Virus record (IMG/VR): IMGVR_UViG_3300028840_002185
Coordinates: 1-64,000 of that record
Length of the DNA stretch: 64,000 nucleotides
From: a virus
Reading direction: 5' to 3' (one strand)
Positions 38,167 to 47,836 of this stretch are shown here, piece by piece. The translations under genes and the position numbers were made by a program. The stretch's first letter is position 1; the number at the start of each line of letters is the position of its first letter. The notes under the pieces were generated by a model. It was given only the letters and a program-made list of their open reading frames with translations, had not been told where the DNA came from and did not search any database.

Positions 38167-40101
38167 TTACTCCTTTACAATTGTACAATCACAAGATAAG
38201 TTTAATATTTCATTCGGAAATCTTATACGTGTTTTGCCTAATTGAAAATAATCATCAGAAATCATTTCTTTTAACTTGCCTTTATGCCCACATTCATTTG
38301 AATTAATTTTCCAAAGCATATTAGCTTTAAGTTCTCTGAAGATTAACCATTTGGCATAATTAATACACGCTTTAGACAAGGAATTTGTTATTTTTGAAAG
38401 TCTTGGATTGGAGTTTAATTGATCAATGAAGTAAATTTTCCACTCTTGATCTTTCCATTTTGGATTTTTAAATAATGTGTTCTTATACTCGTCTACCACC
38501 TTGTCTACCGTTGGAGTTATCCAATCGTCTACATCAATAGTTTCTGCTGAGATTGTTTTTTCTCCTAAGTATTCAAGCATATGAACGACCATACCTACTG
38601 TTATATCCGCAAATGTAGCTTTTAAAACTTTATCAATATTTTCGGGATCTGCTGCTGAAATATTTTCTTCAATATAACCAAATACAATATTTCTAACTTG
38701 ATCACATAAAAATTTAAAATTACCGTTGCTCAATGATCTACCATCCGTAGGGTTATCATCTCGATCATCTGATCCATCAGGATTAACATGAGAATCAGGT
38801 TCATCATCCCGATCATCATCCTCTGGATCTGTTCCAGTTTCATCATCGTCACCTTCTGCTATTGCTTGCTGTGCCGATAATTGAGAATCAATTATTTCAT
38901 CCACTCTATCTAAAGGTATCATATCCTTTGAAATAAAAATTCGCTCTCCACCATCAACAGCTTCAAGTTTATGTGTCTTCTCTCTAAACTCGTTAATAGT
39001 TAAGGTGGGAAGACCAACATGAATACGTCCTTCCTGTACCTCTATCAAACGATCCCTTGGAATTGGATTCTGATGTTTAAATTCAATATCAGTACTAAAT
39101 GAACTTAAAATACCTTCAGTCAGTTCTTCATCCCAAAGGGTTAAACGTGGTTGAATAGACTCTCTATTAAATGATATATCATTTTGTACATCACCAGATC
39201 GATTACCTTCAGCAAATCCCAATTTATTTTTTGGTACTCGATAGGCAGCAAAAACTTTTTCTCTTGTCCATTGAGCAAGACTTAAAAATTCAAAATCACG
39301 ATTGGCATATTGTAAAGGAACTGGTTTCAATCCTGTATCTAACACAGCAATGTCATGAAAAGTTCCTTGATATTTTGATTTCCAACGTTCTTTAATTTCA
39401 TCTGCTTTTTCCTGATCAAGTGATTCATCAGTTGATAATACAAAATCAATTCTTGCAGAATTTTTAAAGAAGTCACGTTCATAAACTTCAATGTATGAAT
39501 CAATATCCTGAGCATAGGCTTGTGCCTGAATAGGACTTGCTCCAATAAAAGGATTAGTAGGATGAACATAATTGATAACTATTAAATCATTAATATCAAA
39601 TTTGATTGTTTTACCAACACCAAATTTAAACTCATAAACAACTTTAGGATTGACCAAATCTTCTGACACTTCACATTTAACAAAGTCATTCATATTTAAA
39701 GGCCAAATCTCCCAAACCTGACCAAGTTTATTTTTACCTTTCCAAAGGACAGCCATACCACACATATCCAATTGGATCTGACACCATGCCTTAACAAAAC
39801 GAAAAGTCATTAAATCATTAGGATGGTAAAACGGTTTAGTATAGGAACTGTAACCTTTACTGGTTCGACTTAATTCTTCTCCAGTACTTTTCCTATAAAA
39901 TGAAAAAGGCAAAGTAGATACCCTATCTGAAATTAAACTAACACAGGAATAGGCCCAAGACTTATATTCTGCTAATTGAATTCTTGGTTGCTGTTTAAGA
40001 TTAACGTAATCTCCCCCTTGCTCCCTGCGTATCATTGCCGACAATTGTTCATAAGATTTTTTCTTAGGTGTTCGGGTAATTTCAAATGGGCCAAATTTCA
40101 T
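38167..40101 (-). CDS. portal protein (HK97-type) with an acidic linker and an extra C-terminal domain (possibly MuF/SPP1 gp7-like)
   Basis: 644 aa between terL and the protease. Acidic run EGDDDETGTDPEDDDRDDEPDSHVNPDGSDDRDDNP. The C-terminal ...NLSCDCTIV is reminiscent of the HPNCRCT motif of MuF-type minor head proteins. Confidence 0.8.
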   Translation of the reverse strand: MKFGPFEITRTPKKKSYEQLSAMIRREQGGDYVNLKQQPRIQLAEYKSWAYSCVSLISDRVSTLPFSFYRKSTGEELSRTSKGYSSYTKPFYHPNDLMTFRFVKAWCQIQLDMCGMAVLWKGKNKLGQVWEIWPLNMNDFVKCEVSEDLVNPKVVYEFKFGVGKTIKFDINDLIVINYVHPTNPFIGASPIQAQAYAQDIDSYIEVYERDFFKNSARIDFVLSTDESLDQEKADEIKERWKSKYQGTFHDIAVLDTGLKPVPLQYANRDFEFLSLAQWTREKVFAAYRVPKNKLGFAEGNRSGDVQNDISFNRESIQPRLTLWDEELTEGILSSFSTDIEFKHQNPIPRDRLIEVQEGRIHVGLPTLTINEFREKTHKLEAVDGGERIFISKDMIPLDRVDEIIDSQLSAQQAIAEGDDDETGTDPEDDDRDDEPDSHVNPDGSDDRDDNPTDGRSLSNGNFKFLCDQVRNIVFGYIEENISAADPENIDKVLKATFADITVGMVVHMLEYLGEKTISAETIDVDDWITPTVDKVVDEYKNTLFKNPKWKDQEWKIYFIDQLNSNPRLSKITNSLSKACINYAKWLIFRELKANMLWKINSNECGHKGKLKEMISDDYFQLGKTRIRFPNEILNLSCDCTIVKE

Positions 40102-40152
40102 TTTAATCTCCCTACCTTTACGTTGTCATACAAAAAGTACGTTTTAACGTTA

Positions 40153-41706
40153 TCACCAAACATTAGGGCCATTAGATTTACGATATAATGCTTTAACTCC
40201 TTCACGACAGAACCAAAGAGACATTACAATATCAGTAGTTTCAAAAAATGGATGATGTTTGAATTCTTGAAATAATTTCATCCAAGGATTACGTTCATCC
40301 ATTCCACCACCAGTAAATTCCATCTTTTCAGTAAAGCAAAACATCCATTCTTGATTCTCTAATTCTTTCTCAATGCTTGGTAATCCTGTAATTGGATCTG
40401 CTTTATTACGTCCGGTTTGAAATGGTTCAATTTTAATTCCAAAACGTTTATATTTATCTTCACCTAATGAAGAAATTAACATATCAATTAATGCTTCCTG
40501 AATACCGTTGTTTTCAGCCATGTACAATTCACAACCATATCTACGATACCATTGAAGCATTATTTCTGTTACTTCTCCAGATCCTCTTAATAATCTTATT
40601 TCTTGAGGAACCTTTAAACCAGATTTTTTATGAACAGCTAAACAGGACATAACTGTTCCTGGCCTTTGTAACCCTGCAAAATCAATACCACCAATAAAAA
40701 ACCAATTGGATTCATGCTCGATTGGAGCTTTAGGACTCAGGCCATAATGACAACATTTTAAAAAGGAAGGAAAAGTTTTATCAGAATCAGTATAAGGTAT
40801 CAATCGATAACCACGATCAAAATCCCTTGTACCTAATTCCTTATGTTTAATCTCAAGATCGTTTTTATTAAATTTAGTCCATAATGGAAATTCCATTTTT
40901 CGACCAAACGAATCAGTATATAAAAGATTTTCTTTATCTTCAGAACAAGCAATTGTCATCCAAGACCAAATTGGATTATTTTGAATCATTGAAGCTAAAT
41001 CGTTTTCATGCCACTTATTCATCATTACCAATACTTCTGATTCTTGTGGTATCAAACGTGTTAACCAAATGTTTTTAAAAACGTCTTCTATCTTGACTCT
41101 TGTGGTAGGTTCTAATACTGCGGTTTTTAAATCCTGGGGGTCATCGAACACTAACAGATTAGCACGTCCACCTATTGCTAATGAAAGAACTCCGTAGGCT
41201 TCAACTGTACCGTCCTTTAACATTGCATTACGTTTAACGATAAAACGTTGAGATCCCCAAATAGGAGTTGGCTGAATATGTGGTGCTAAACGATGAAAGT
41301 CTTCATCTTTTTGAATGTAGTCTCTAATAGCCCTACACCTTTTTACTGCTTCGGTTTCTGATACATGAACAATCTTGATCAGAATATTTGGATTTTTTGC
41401 GATTCTATATAAAAGGTATCCGGTACAGATCTGTTCAGTCTTTCCATGCCCGAATGCCCCCAAGATTAAATATTTATTAAAGCCTTTTTTATTTGCAAAA
41501 CGAATAAAGCGATGCATGATATTATGCACCGCTTCATTTTCAACCAAGTCACCTTTGGTATCTTTTAATACGTTTTGAACAAAAAACTCAGACTTTTTGG
41601 GAACCATGTCTTCATAAGAAACATCAATTCCATCCATCAATTCAGAAATTGATCCTCTTATAAAACGTTTAATATCCTGATCAAAAACAGTTGAAGACGT
41701 TCCCAT
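40153..41706 (-). CDS. terL: terminase large subunit
   Basis: Walker A LGAFGHGKTEQI, Walker B-like LLVFDDPQD and a C-terminal nuclease-like IGGIDFAG. Position fits. Confidence 0.9.
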   Translation of the reverse strand: MGTSSTVFDQDIKRFIRGSISELMDGIDVSYEDMVPKKSEFFVQNVLKDTKGDLVENEAVHNIMHRFIRFANKKGFNKYLILGAFGHGKTEQICTGYLLYRIAKNPNILIKIVHVSETEAVKRCRAIRDYIQKDEDFHRLAPHIQPTPIWGSQRFIVKRNAMLKDGTVEAYGVLSLAIGGRANLLVFDDPQDLKTAVLEPTTRVKIEDVFKNIWLTRLIPQESEVLVMMNKWHENDLASMIQNNPIWSWMTIACSEDKENLLYTDSFGRKMEFPLWTKFNKNDLEIKHKELGTRDFDRGYRLIPYTDSDKTFPSFLKCCHYGLSPKAPIEHESNWFFIGGIDFAGLQRPGTVMSCLAVHKKSGLKVPQEIRLLRGSGEVTEIMLQWYRRYGCELYMAENNGIQEALIDMLISSLGEDKYKRFGIKIEPFQTGRNKADPITGLPSIEKELENQEWMFCFTEKMEFTGGGMDERNPWMKLFQEFKHHPFFETTDIVMSLWFCREGVKALYRKSNGPNVW

Positions 41707-41715
41707 TAATTGAAA

Positions 41716-42255
41716 TTATCCTCTCGATCTAATTCTTTCAGCTTCTTCAGGTTCATAACCCAACATCTTATCTTTCTGCATATTGATAATCTCATTGTCA
41801 ACATCCAGTTCCCGTAGCTTCTGTAGAAACGACTGTCGGATCATTGGTTCAAGTGCATTAACAGCTTTAAAGATCAATTGGATAAAAGAGGAAAGTTTAA
41901 TATCATACTCATGCCGTACAGTATCTTTCTTTGCGTACTTCTCAGGAAACTTTCTTTCAAGTATCCAAGCAGAAGCATTCCACATTCCTCCATCTCCGGC
42001 ATCTTTGATATTATCCAAGCATGATTCCTCACACTTGGCAGAACACGTTTGAACAAATTCTTCAAATTCAGGATCGGATCTGTAAACGGAAAGCATGTAG
42101 GGAGAAACCCCACATAACTTTGCAGCATCTTCAATATCCAGACCTTTTTCCATATAAAGGCCCAATCGTTCTTTGGTTAAAAAATCTGGTTGAAACTCTT
42201 GATTTCCATTTCCATTTCCGTTATTCTTGATTTGTAAGTTTAAACGCTTTGCCAT
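41716..42255 (-). CDS. terS: terminase small subunit (HTH)
   Basis: First gene of the late operon. HTH GLDIEDAAKLCGVSPYMLSVYR, and SAWILERKFPEKY is typical of small terminases. Confidence 0.7.
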   Translation of the reverse strand: MAKRLNLQIKNNGNGNGNQEFQPDFLTKERLGLYMEKGLDIEDAAKLCGVSPYMLSVYRSDPEFEEFVQTCSAKCEESCLDNIKDAGDGGMWNASAWILERKFPEKYAKKDTVRHEYDIKLSSFIQLIFKAVNALEPMIRQSFLQKLRELDVDNEIINMQKDKMLGYEPEEAERIRSRG

Positions 42256-42303
42256 AATGTCCTCAAAATTTAGGAAATTAATTGTACATAATAATCTATT
42301 ATC

Positions 42304-42333
42304 ATTTTAAACGCAAGTCAATAATATTGTCAA
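42304..42333 (-). promoter_or_regulatory. candidate sigma70-type promoter for the late operon
   Basis: On the minus strand TTGACA (rc of 42328-42333), an 18-nt spacer, then TAAAAT (rc of 42304-42309), ~50 nt upstream of the terS ATG. Confidence 0.35.
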
Positions 42334-42346
42334 GGATTTTGATTAA

Positions 42347-42787
42347 ATGAGAAAATCAACAATCAATCGATTCAATCAGCATCCCAAAAAATATCCATTC
42401 ATCAGACAATTTCAAGAAATAATGATAGCCAAGTTGACTGGAGACCTTACCAAAAAAGAAATTAAAACTTTGATCGAGAGCAAATTCAAGCGTCCGTTGA
42501 GTTCGATCAAAGTGGATCACAAAAACCTTTTATTATTAAGTACTGAGGTCGAGCCTGAAATTTATATACTGGTTCAAGAGACCGCTAAAAAGGTAACAGG
42601 TGATTACATACCAATTGAACAGCTTTTACATCTGCTGCTGACCACATTCATTCAGACCTATCAGCAGGAACCTTTCAAAAAAATCCCATTCGTCCATGCT
42701 CGTAAAGGCGCAAGGTATAAGGCTTTACACTCCCTCCAATCTCGTTTAGGCACAGAATTCAACGCCTATGTTAAATCATGGCAATGA
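42347..42787 (+). CDS. hypothetical protein (146 aa), first gene of the rightward module
   Basis: ORF divergent from terS with a weak RBS. Confidence 0.6.
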   Translation: MRKSTINRFNQHPKKYPFIRQFQEIMIAKLTGDLTKKEIKTLIESKFKRPLSSIKVDHKNLLLLSTEVEPEIYILVQETAKKVTGDYIPIEQLLHLLLTTFIQTYQQEPFKKIPFVHARKGARYKALHSLQSRLGTEFNAYVKSWQ

Positions 42788-42831
42788 AAACCCTTATAAT
42801 TCCTTGATTTATAAGCCCTCACAAATTTTTA

Positions 42832-42859
42832 TTGACATTAACTTGGATTATGATATAAT
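42832..42859 (+). promoter_or_regulatory. sigma70-type promoter with extended -10
   Basis: TTGACA 42832-42837, a 16-nt spacer ending in TGa, then TATAAT 42854-42859. Confidence 0.6.
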
Positions 42860-42883
42860 AGGTATATTGTGCTTAAAAGAAGG

Positions 42884-42927
42884 GGAGAGGGTAATTTCAG
42901 GCGACCAACCCCAAAATTACCCTCTCC
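42884..42927 (+). other. perfect 14-bp stem-loop in the 5' leader of the 43038 gene
   Basis: GGAGAGGGTAATTT (42884-42897) pairs with AAATTACCCTCTCC (42914-42927) across a 16-nt loop. There is no U-tract after it. Confidence 0.6.
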
Positions 42928-42993
42928 GGTGAAAGGAGGTTAGAAAAATACTTTCACATGACAAAAAACCCCTAAACCAAAAAGGAGGTTTAA

Positions 42994-43041
42994 ATGACCC
43001 CTTTAATGACAGGCAGTATCACTAAAAGGAGCTTAATATGA
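42994..43041 (+). CDS. 15-codon upstream ORF (MTPLMTGSITKRSLI) coupled to the 43038 gene
   Basis: AAAGGAGG RBS 5 nt upstream of ATG 42994. Its TGA (43039-43041) overlaps ATG 43038 in an ATGA arrangement. Confidence 0.35.
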   Translation: MTPLMTGSITKRSLI

Positions 43042-44744
43042 ATCTTAGTGCATTAATAAAAGAATGTCAACTAAAAAATTACTTATTTAATAATGAGTGT
43101 ATTTGTTGGGATGAAAAACAAGAATTTTATAACAATTGCCGATTCTATATCAACAATACGATTACCTTGGAAGGTAGCCCTTGGGCCAAAGGGTCTGCTC
43201 CAATTTCCTATTATAAAAAGATCGGCCTTTCTGTTCTGCAAAAACGAATTATTAAATACCTCCACGAAAATTTTTTCCAATACGGATCACCATCATATCT
43301 CAAGATCGAAACCCTTGCCAATCGAGTCAAATCATCAAGGAGATCAACATACAGAGCAATCGGAAGATTAGTTGATCGAAAGATCCTAATACGACTCCAG
43401 ATCTTCTCAGACAAATACAAACAATATCGTTCAATCATCCTTCCAATCAATCCCCTCAAAATCAAGTTAATCAATAAATTGCGTAGTTTAGGTATCAAAC
43501 GGTCTCCTCTCGATGCCAAACGGTCTCTCCCCAAAGAAATTAGACGAGACCATTTGTTATCTAAATTACCAAAATCATTCCAGATAAATCGACAGATAAT
43601 AGATTATATATATTCTATTAATACTATTTATACTAATAACATCATTAGTGGTTCTAAAGAAGATTATAAACCTTCGGTTTATACGCAACGCCAAAGTCGT
43701 TGCGCTGAGAACACGTCTTTAAATCTTTCACAAGAGAGGAGCAAAAAACCTATGTCCATTCCCAGGTATAAATTAAAGCCTATTGATTCCAAACCTGTTA
43801 CCCTTGATCGAACACTTGTTGACCTTGTTTCATCAGTTGATTTTGATATATTTAATCTTGCAGACAATCAAAGAAAAAATCTATTGGATTATGTTGAAAA
43901 GCATACCTATGATTTTGAGTTCAATAAACTGTTTTCTGAAAAGAAGCTCAATGTACGTCATGTTGTCGGTCAAAGGCAGAACCGACTATTGCTTTCCGAT
44001 TACTTGAAACTATTCTTTTCCAATGAACCATTGAACCATGAAATAACCAATCACATTTTGCGCTATTGGAACAATGTTGATAACCCACGATTCCAAAAAC
44101 ACAAAATTGATAATCCCAATTCAATCACCTACGCCAAACTTCTTATCTTAACAAATTATATGTTAAAATTTTATTACAAAAATGATATGACCATCTTTCT
44201 AAATAACATCAGTCGAATTAATATGTATGGATCTCAGAATCATTATCTTGCCAATATTCTAAAGAAGTGGGGGTTGGATAACTTGATCATGCAGCGCAAT
44301 ACAAATGGAATGAAAAAGTATTGGATGATTGAAAAGAAAGATTTTGAAGCTGAGTTATTTAAATATCGTAGTAGAAATAAAGAAGCAGCACAACGATGGA
44401 AAGAAATTTACATTCACTCATTTTATGGCAACGATCAAAAATTGGGCCTTGAAAAATACAACCAGTATCACAGCAAATTGGATTCATTTCTGGATCTGTT
44501 AATCAATCGATTAAGCGAATGCCGGAGAGAACTTTATAAAAGAAATTTGACCAAACAGATGATGATCGATGGATATGAAACTGATTCGATTCTGGCAGAT
44601 TATTGTGATTGGATTAGCTTCAGCATTGCTAAACGACCATCTATCATAGATTTGTGCAATTATGATCATTTTATGCAATTTGTGTATCAGGAAATGAGAG
44701 GGGTTAGAGGGATGGAAAAATTTTGGCAACCAATCAGGACTTGA
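43038..44744 (+). CDS. large DNA-binding protein with a winged-HTH-like N-domain (568 aa), possibly a replication initiator/organiser or regulator
   Basis: ETLANRVKSSRRSTYRAIGRLVDRKILIRL looks like an HTH recognition segment. AAAGGAG RBS. The function is not established. Confidence 0.6.
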   Translation: MNLSALIKECQLKNYLFNNECICWDEKQEFYNNCRFYINNTITLEGSPWAKGSAPISYYKKIGLSVLQKRIIKYLHENFFQYGSPSYLKIETLANRVKSSRRSTYRAIGRLVDRKILIRLQIFSDKYKQYRSIILPINPLKIKLINKLRSLGIKRSPLDAKRSLPKEIRRDHLLSKLPKSFQINRQIIDYIYSINTIYTNNIISGSKEDYKPSVYTQRQSRCAENTSLNLSQERSKKPMSIPRYKLKPIDSKPVTLDRTLVDLVSSVDFDIFNLADNQRKNLLDYVEKHTYDFEFNKLFSEKKLNVRHVVGQRQNRLLLSDYLKLFFSNEPLNHEITNHILRYWNNVDNPRFQKHKIDNPNSITYAKLLILTNYMLKFYYKNDMTIFLNNISRINMYGSQNHYLANILKKWGLDNLIMQRNTNGMKKYWMIEKKDFEAELFKYRSRNKEAAQRWKEIYIHSFYGNDQKLGLEKYNQYHSKLDSFLDLLINRLSECRRELYKRNLTKQMMIDGYETDSILADYCDWISFSIAKRPSIIDLCNYDHFMQFVYQEMRGVRGMEKFWQPIRT

Positions 44745-44792
44745 CAAAGCCCTTCAAATAGTTTAACTTGGAGACTGAAGGAGGAAAATCAT

Positions 44793-45449
44793 ATGGTTAT
44801 CAAAGACGAAATAGAATTCTTAAACCTGCCGGATTGGAAAAAAGTGCATCTTAAAATTTCATATTCTAAGTTTGCCAACTATCGGTTAATGACGGACGAG
44901 CAGGAACAAAACCGCAAACAAAAGATCTTTGCTATAGCTGCCCACTACGGTCAGTTAGACATTGATGAACTGCAACAAAACCCAAACCTGACCTTAGACA
45001 ATTCATGGCCCAAAAATCTTGAAAAATATATAACCCCAAGATTGCTTGATCTGTTCAACGTAAATTGGTTCTGCAAATTTGGTTACTGTTATATGTGTGA
45101 TTATTTTAGTGGTTACAATAAATTGCATTATAAATATTTATTTGCCAAAAAACCTAAAAACAAATTGATTACATTTTCCGGCAAATGCAGACACATTTAT
45201 AATCGCAGAAATCAAAGAGCAGATTGGATCAAAAACCATCATGAATTTGTTGATCCTAAATTCTGTTGTCACCTATGGGAACCAATGGAGCTTTATTTTC
45301 AGATCATACAGATCGAAATCTCAAATAGACTTTATACATTGAATTCTAAAATGGATTTTGATTATGATGTTGAAGACTATGCATTCGATCTTCATAATGT
45401 TAATATCTGGAATTACTTCTTCAACAAATATGATCGATACGAATTATAG
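44793..45449 (+). CDS. hypothetical Cys-rich protein (218 aa)
   Basis: GAAGGAGG RBS. No family recognised. Confidence 0.65.
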   Translation: MVIKDEIEFLNLPDWKKVHLKISYSKFANYRLMTDEQEQNRKQKIFAIAAHYGQLDIDELQQNPNLTLDNSWPKNLEKYITPRLLDLFNVNWFCKFGYCYMCDYFSGYNKLHYKYLFAKKPKNKLITFSGKCRHIYNRRNQRADWIKNHHEFVDPKFCCHLWEPMELYFQIIQIEISNRLYTLNSKMDFDYDVEDYAFDLHNVNIWNYFFNKYDRYEL

Positions 45450-45462
45450 GAGAGTAGTTATC

Positions 45463-45951
45463 ATGGCACGTAAAAAACTATCTGTTAAAGCGGAATCAAA
45501 GAAAACCTCTCTGAGCAAGAAACTCAAATTGAAAACTATAGAAAAAATTAATGTTACTGATTTGTTTGATTCAGATAAACCCATCTTTACATCTCACAAC
45601 ATTGTCACCGATGACAATTGGATTGCTTTAATTGTTCCCGATGCTGACCAATTCGTAATGAACAATAAGTTACCCAATAAACTTGTTTCTTTTGTTATCA
45701 ATGAAGATGATCTTGCTATCGAATATGATAAAAATAATATGTTGGAACCATATCAGATTGATCCTGATATTTTTATATTTGAAGCAATCGGTAGCATAAA
45801 TGATAAACAGTACAATTGGTTCAAACAGACCTATCCCAATTGTGCGTTTTACAGAATAACAAAATGGTTTGGGAAAGAAGTAAACACTCTGGTTATCGTT
45901 CTGGTAGAGGAGCTTGGTAAACCTGTTGGAATCCTAAAAACTATCGAATAA
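45463..45951 (+). CDS. hypothetical protein with a basic MARKK N-terminus (162 aa)
   Basis: The track ORF starts at 45358, inside the previous gene. I prefer ATG 45463, preceded by TAGGAGAG. Confidence 0.6.
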   Translation: MARKKLSVKAESKKTSLSKKLKLKTIEKINVTDLFDSDKPIFTSHNIVTDDNWIALIVPDADQFVMNNKLPNKLVSFVINEDDLAIEYDKNNMLEPYQIDPDIFIFEAIGSINDKQYNWFKQTYPNCAFYRITKWFGKEVNTLVIVLVEELGKPVGILKTIE

Positions 45952-45964
45952 GGAGGTTGTTATC

Positions 45965-46342
45965 ATGGCAAGAAAAAAAATTCAAAGTACTACTACTGGT
46001 AAAGGCAGAAAGAATCTTCAAACAAAGGCTAAAGCTGTTACTAAGAAAAAAACCACTACTCGCAAAAAACCTGGGCCAAAACCGACTAAGAAAGTTCCTG
46101 TCGGTTTCACCATGTTGAAGCGAGATGAAAATGCTTTGGTTAAAGCGTATGCCAAACTGGAGAAATCATTTGATACATTCGCTGAACAACTTAATAACTA
46201 CTGTTATGAAAATGGCGATAAAATGAAAGCAGCAGTTGAAACCAATAAAGCTGTAACTAATTTCAATAAAGAAACGTCTGCTTTCCGCAAAGCGTTGATG
46301 AAATCAAAACAAGGATTGAAACCTGTTTACGAAAAAGCATAA
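45965..46342 (+). CDS. lysine-rich, histone-H1-like basic protein (125 aa)
   Basis: MARKKIQSTTTGKGRKNLQTKAKAVTKKKTTTRKKPGPKPTKKVP. AAGGAGG RBS. Followed by a terminator. Confidence 0.65.
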   Translation: MARKKIQSTTTGKGRKNLQTKAKAVTKKKTTTRKKPGPKPTKKVPVGFTMLKRDENALVKAYAKLEKSFDTFAEQLNNYCYENGDKMKAAVETNKAVTNFNKETSAFRKALMKSKQGLKPVYEKA

Positions 46343-46364
46343 TTAATTACATAAGAGTGTTTAC

Positions 46365-46419
46365 AAATGCCCCTATCGTTATTTATTACAAAATTAGTCT
46401 TTCGATAGGGGCATTTTTT
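46365..46419 (+). terminator. rho-independent terminator
   Basis: AAATGCCCCTATCG (46365-46378) pairs with CGATAGGGGCATTT (46403-46416), followed by a T-run to 46419. The loop is large (24 nt). Confidence 0.65.
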
Positions 46420-46435
46420 CCAAAAAGAGGTTATC

Positions 46436-47461
46436 ATGAAAAGTTTGATTAATGAAATTAATGAAATTGGTTACATTGATTTTAGCAAAATCAATATAGC
46501 TGTCATTGGTGATTGTATGCTTGACATTTATCACTATGGATCAGTTGAACGTATCTCACCTGAAGCACCTGTTCCAATTTTCAAATCAAATAACTTAGAA
46601 CCAGAATACCGATTAGGTGGAGCTTGCAATACTGCATTGAACCTTGCCAAATTAGGTGTTAAAACTCATTTATTTGGGTTTGTAGGCAAAGATATTAATG
46701 CAACCTATATCAAGAGCTACTTGTTGGAACATAACATCAATTTTACATTAATTGAATTAAAAGACTATCCTACCATTACCAAAAACAGATACTTCTCAAA
46801 GAATCAACAAATCATCCGAATCGATCATGAGAACACAGATGGAGAGATCTACAATCATGGAAGACAACAGCAATTAATTAAAGTATTCAATGAAATGTGT
46901 CCAAGAATGGATGCTTTAATTATTTCTGATTATGGTAAAGGCACACTCTACAATCCTGTGTTAAATGCAATCATTGATGGTTGTGCTGAGAAAACTCCTT
47001 TCTTTGTTGATCCTAAAATAAATAATTGGGAGTTCTATAAAAACTCATTTTGCATTACTCCCAATTGGAAAGAATTCAAAGATGCTTGTCATCGTCCTTT
47101 AATGAAATACGATCCTGGTGCAGTTTCAATCATTGCAAGGCATTTATGTCATGAATACAACATCAAATACATTTTGATTACATTAGGATCTAAAGGAATG
47201 CAATTATGCAGCAAGGATGGTCACATCGAATCTCGATCAACAAAAGCTGAAGAAGTTTATGATGTTTCTGGTGCAGGTGATACGGTCATTGCTACTATGG
47301 CTGCTGCTCATTGTAAAGGTTATACAATGACCATTGGTATGCAATTAGCAACTATGGCAGCAAAAGTAGTTATAAGTCATCTTGGAACTTATGCTGTAAC
47401 TGATTCTGAATTAAGATTAGAATTATGTAAAAAGCATAGTACAAGTGGAAAGGAGTGTTAA
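46436..47461 (+). CDS. D-glycero-beta-D-manno-heptose-7-phosphate kinase-like (HldE/RfaE domain I, pfkB family)
   Basis: VIGDCMLDIYHYGSVERISPEAPVPIF, GGACNTALNLAKLG and DVSGAGDTVIATMAA match the HldE kinase-domain signatures. There is no C-terminal adenylyltransferase domain. Confidence 0.75.
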   Translation: MKSLINEINEIGYIDFSKINIAVIGDCMLDIYHYGSVERISPEAPVPIFKSNNLEPEYRLGGACNTALNLAKLGVKTHLFGFVGKDINATYIKSYLLEHNINFTLIELKDYPTITKNRYFSKNQQIIRIDHENTDGEIYNHGRQQQLIKVFNEMCPRMDALIISDYGKGTLYNPVLNAIIDGCAEKTPFFVDPKINNWEFYKNSFCITPNWKEFKDACHRPLMKYDPGAVSIIARHLCHEYNIKYILITLGSKGMQLCSKDGHIESRSTKAEEVYDVSGAGDTVIATMAAAHCKGYTMTIGMQLATMAAKVVISHLGTYAVTDSELRLELCKKHSTSGKEC

Positions 47462-47836
47462 GTGGTTACTAAATACAAATACAAAAACGCAGTTAAAAAG
47501 AGATACGGAGAACACAAATGTCCTTATTGTGGTAAGATCTTTCATCTGTCTGAATCATTAGCAGGACATATTGGTGGAGCGCATAGACGTTTCACAACTC
47601 AAACTGGAAAACCACATTGCAAGTTTTGTGAAACTGAATTGGTCAAAGGAAAGAATTGGCCTATGTGGGCAGTTAAACAACAAAATTTAATCTGCAAAAA
47701 ATGCAAACGTGAACAAAACCGAAAATCCTACCTAAAGAAAATGACCACCAAAAGAGAAAATAGAAGATTGTATGAAGAACGAAAAGCCAAAGCAATTGCC
47801 AATCGGTTAAAAAGGGAGCAGAAAAAAAATGACTGA
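47462..47836 (+). CDS. C2H2 zinc-finger plus zinc-ribbon protein with a basic tail (124 aa)
   Basis: CPYCGKIFHLSESLAGHIGGAH fits C-x2-C-x3-F-x5-L-x2-H-x4-H. It is followed by CKFC...CKKC. GTG start abuts the kinase stop and GGAAAGGAG lies upstream. Confidence 0.65.
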   Translation: MVTKYKYKNAVKKRYGEHKCPYCGKIFHLSESLAGHIGGAHRRFTTQTGKPHCKFCETELVKGKNWPMWAVKQQNLICKKCKREQNRKSYLKKMTTKRENRRLYEERKAKAIANRLKREQKKND

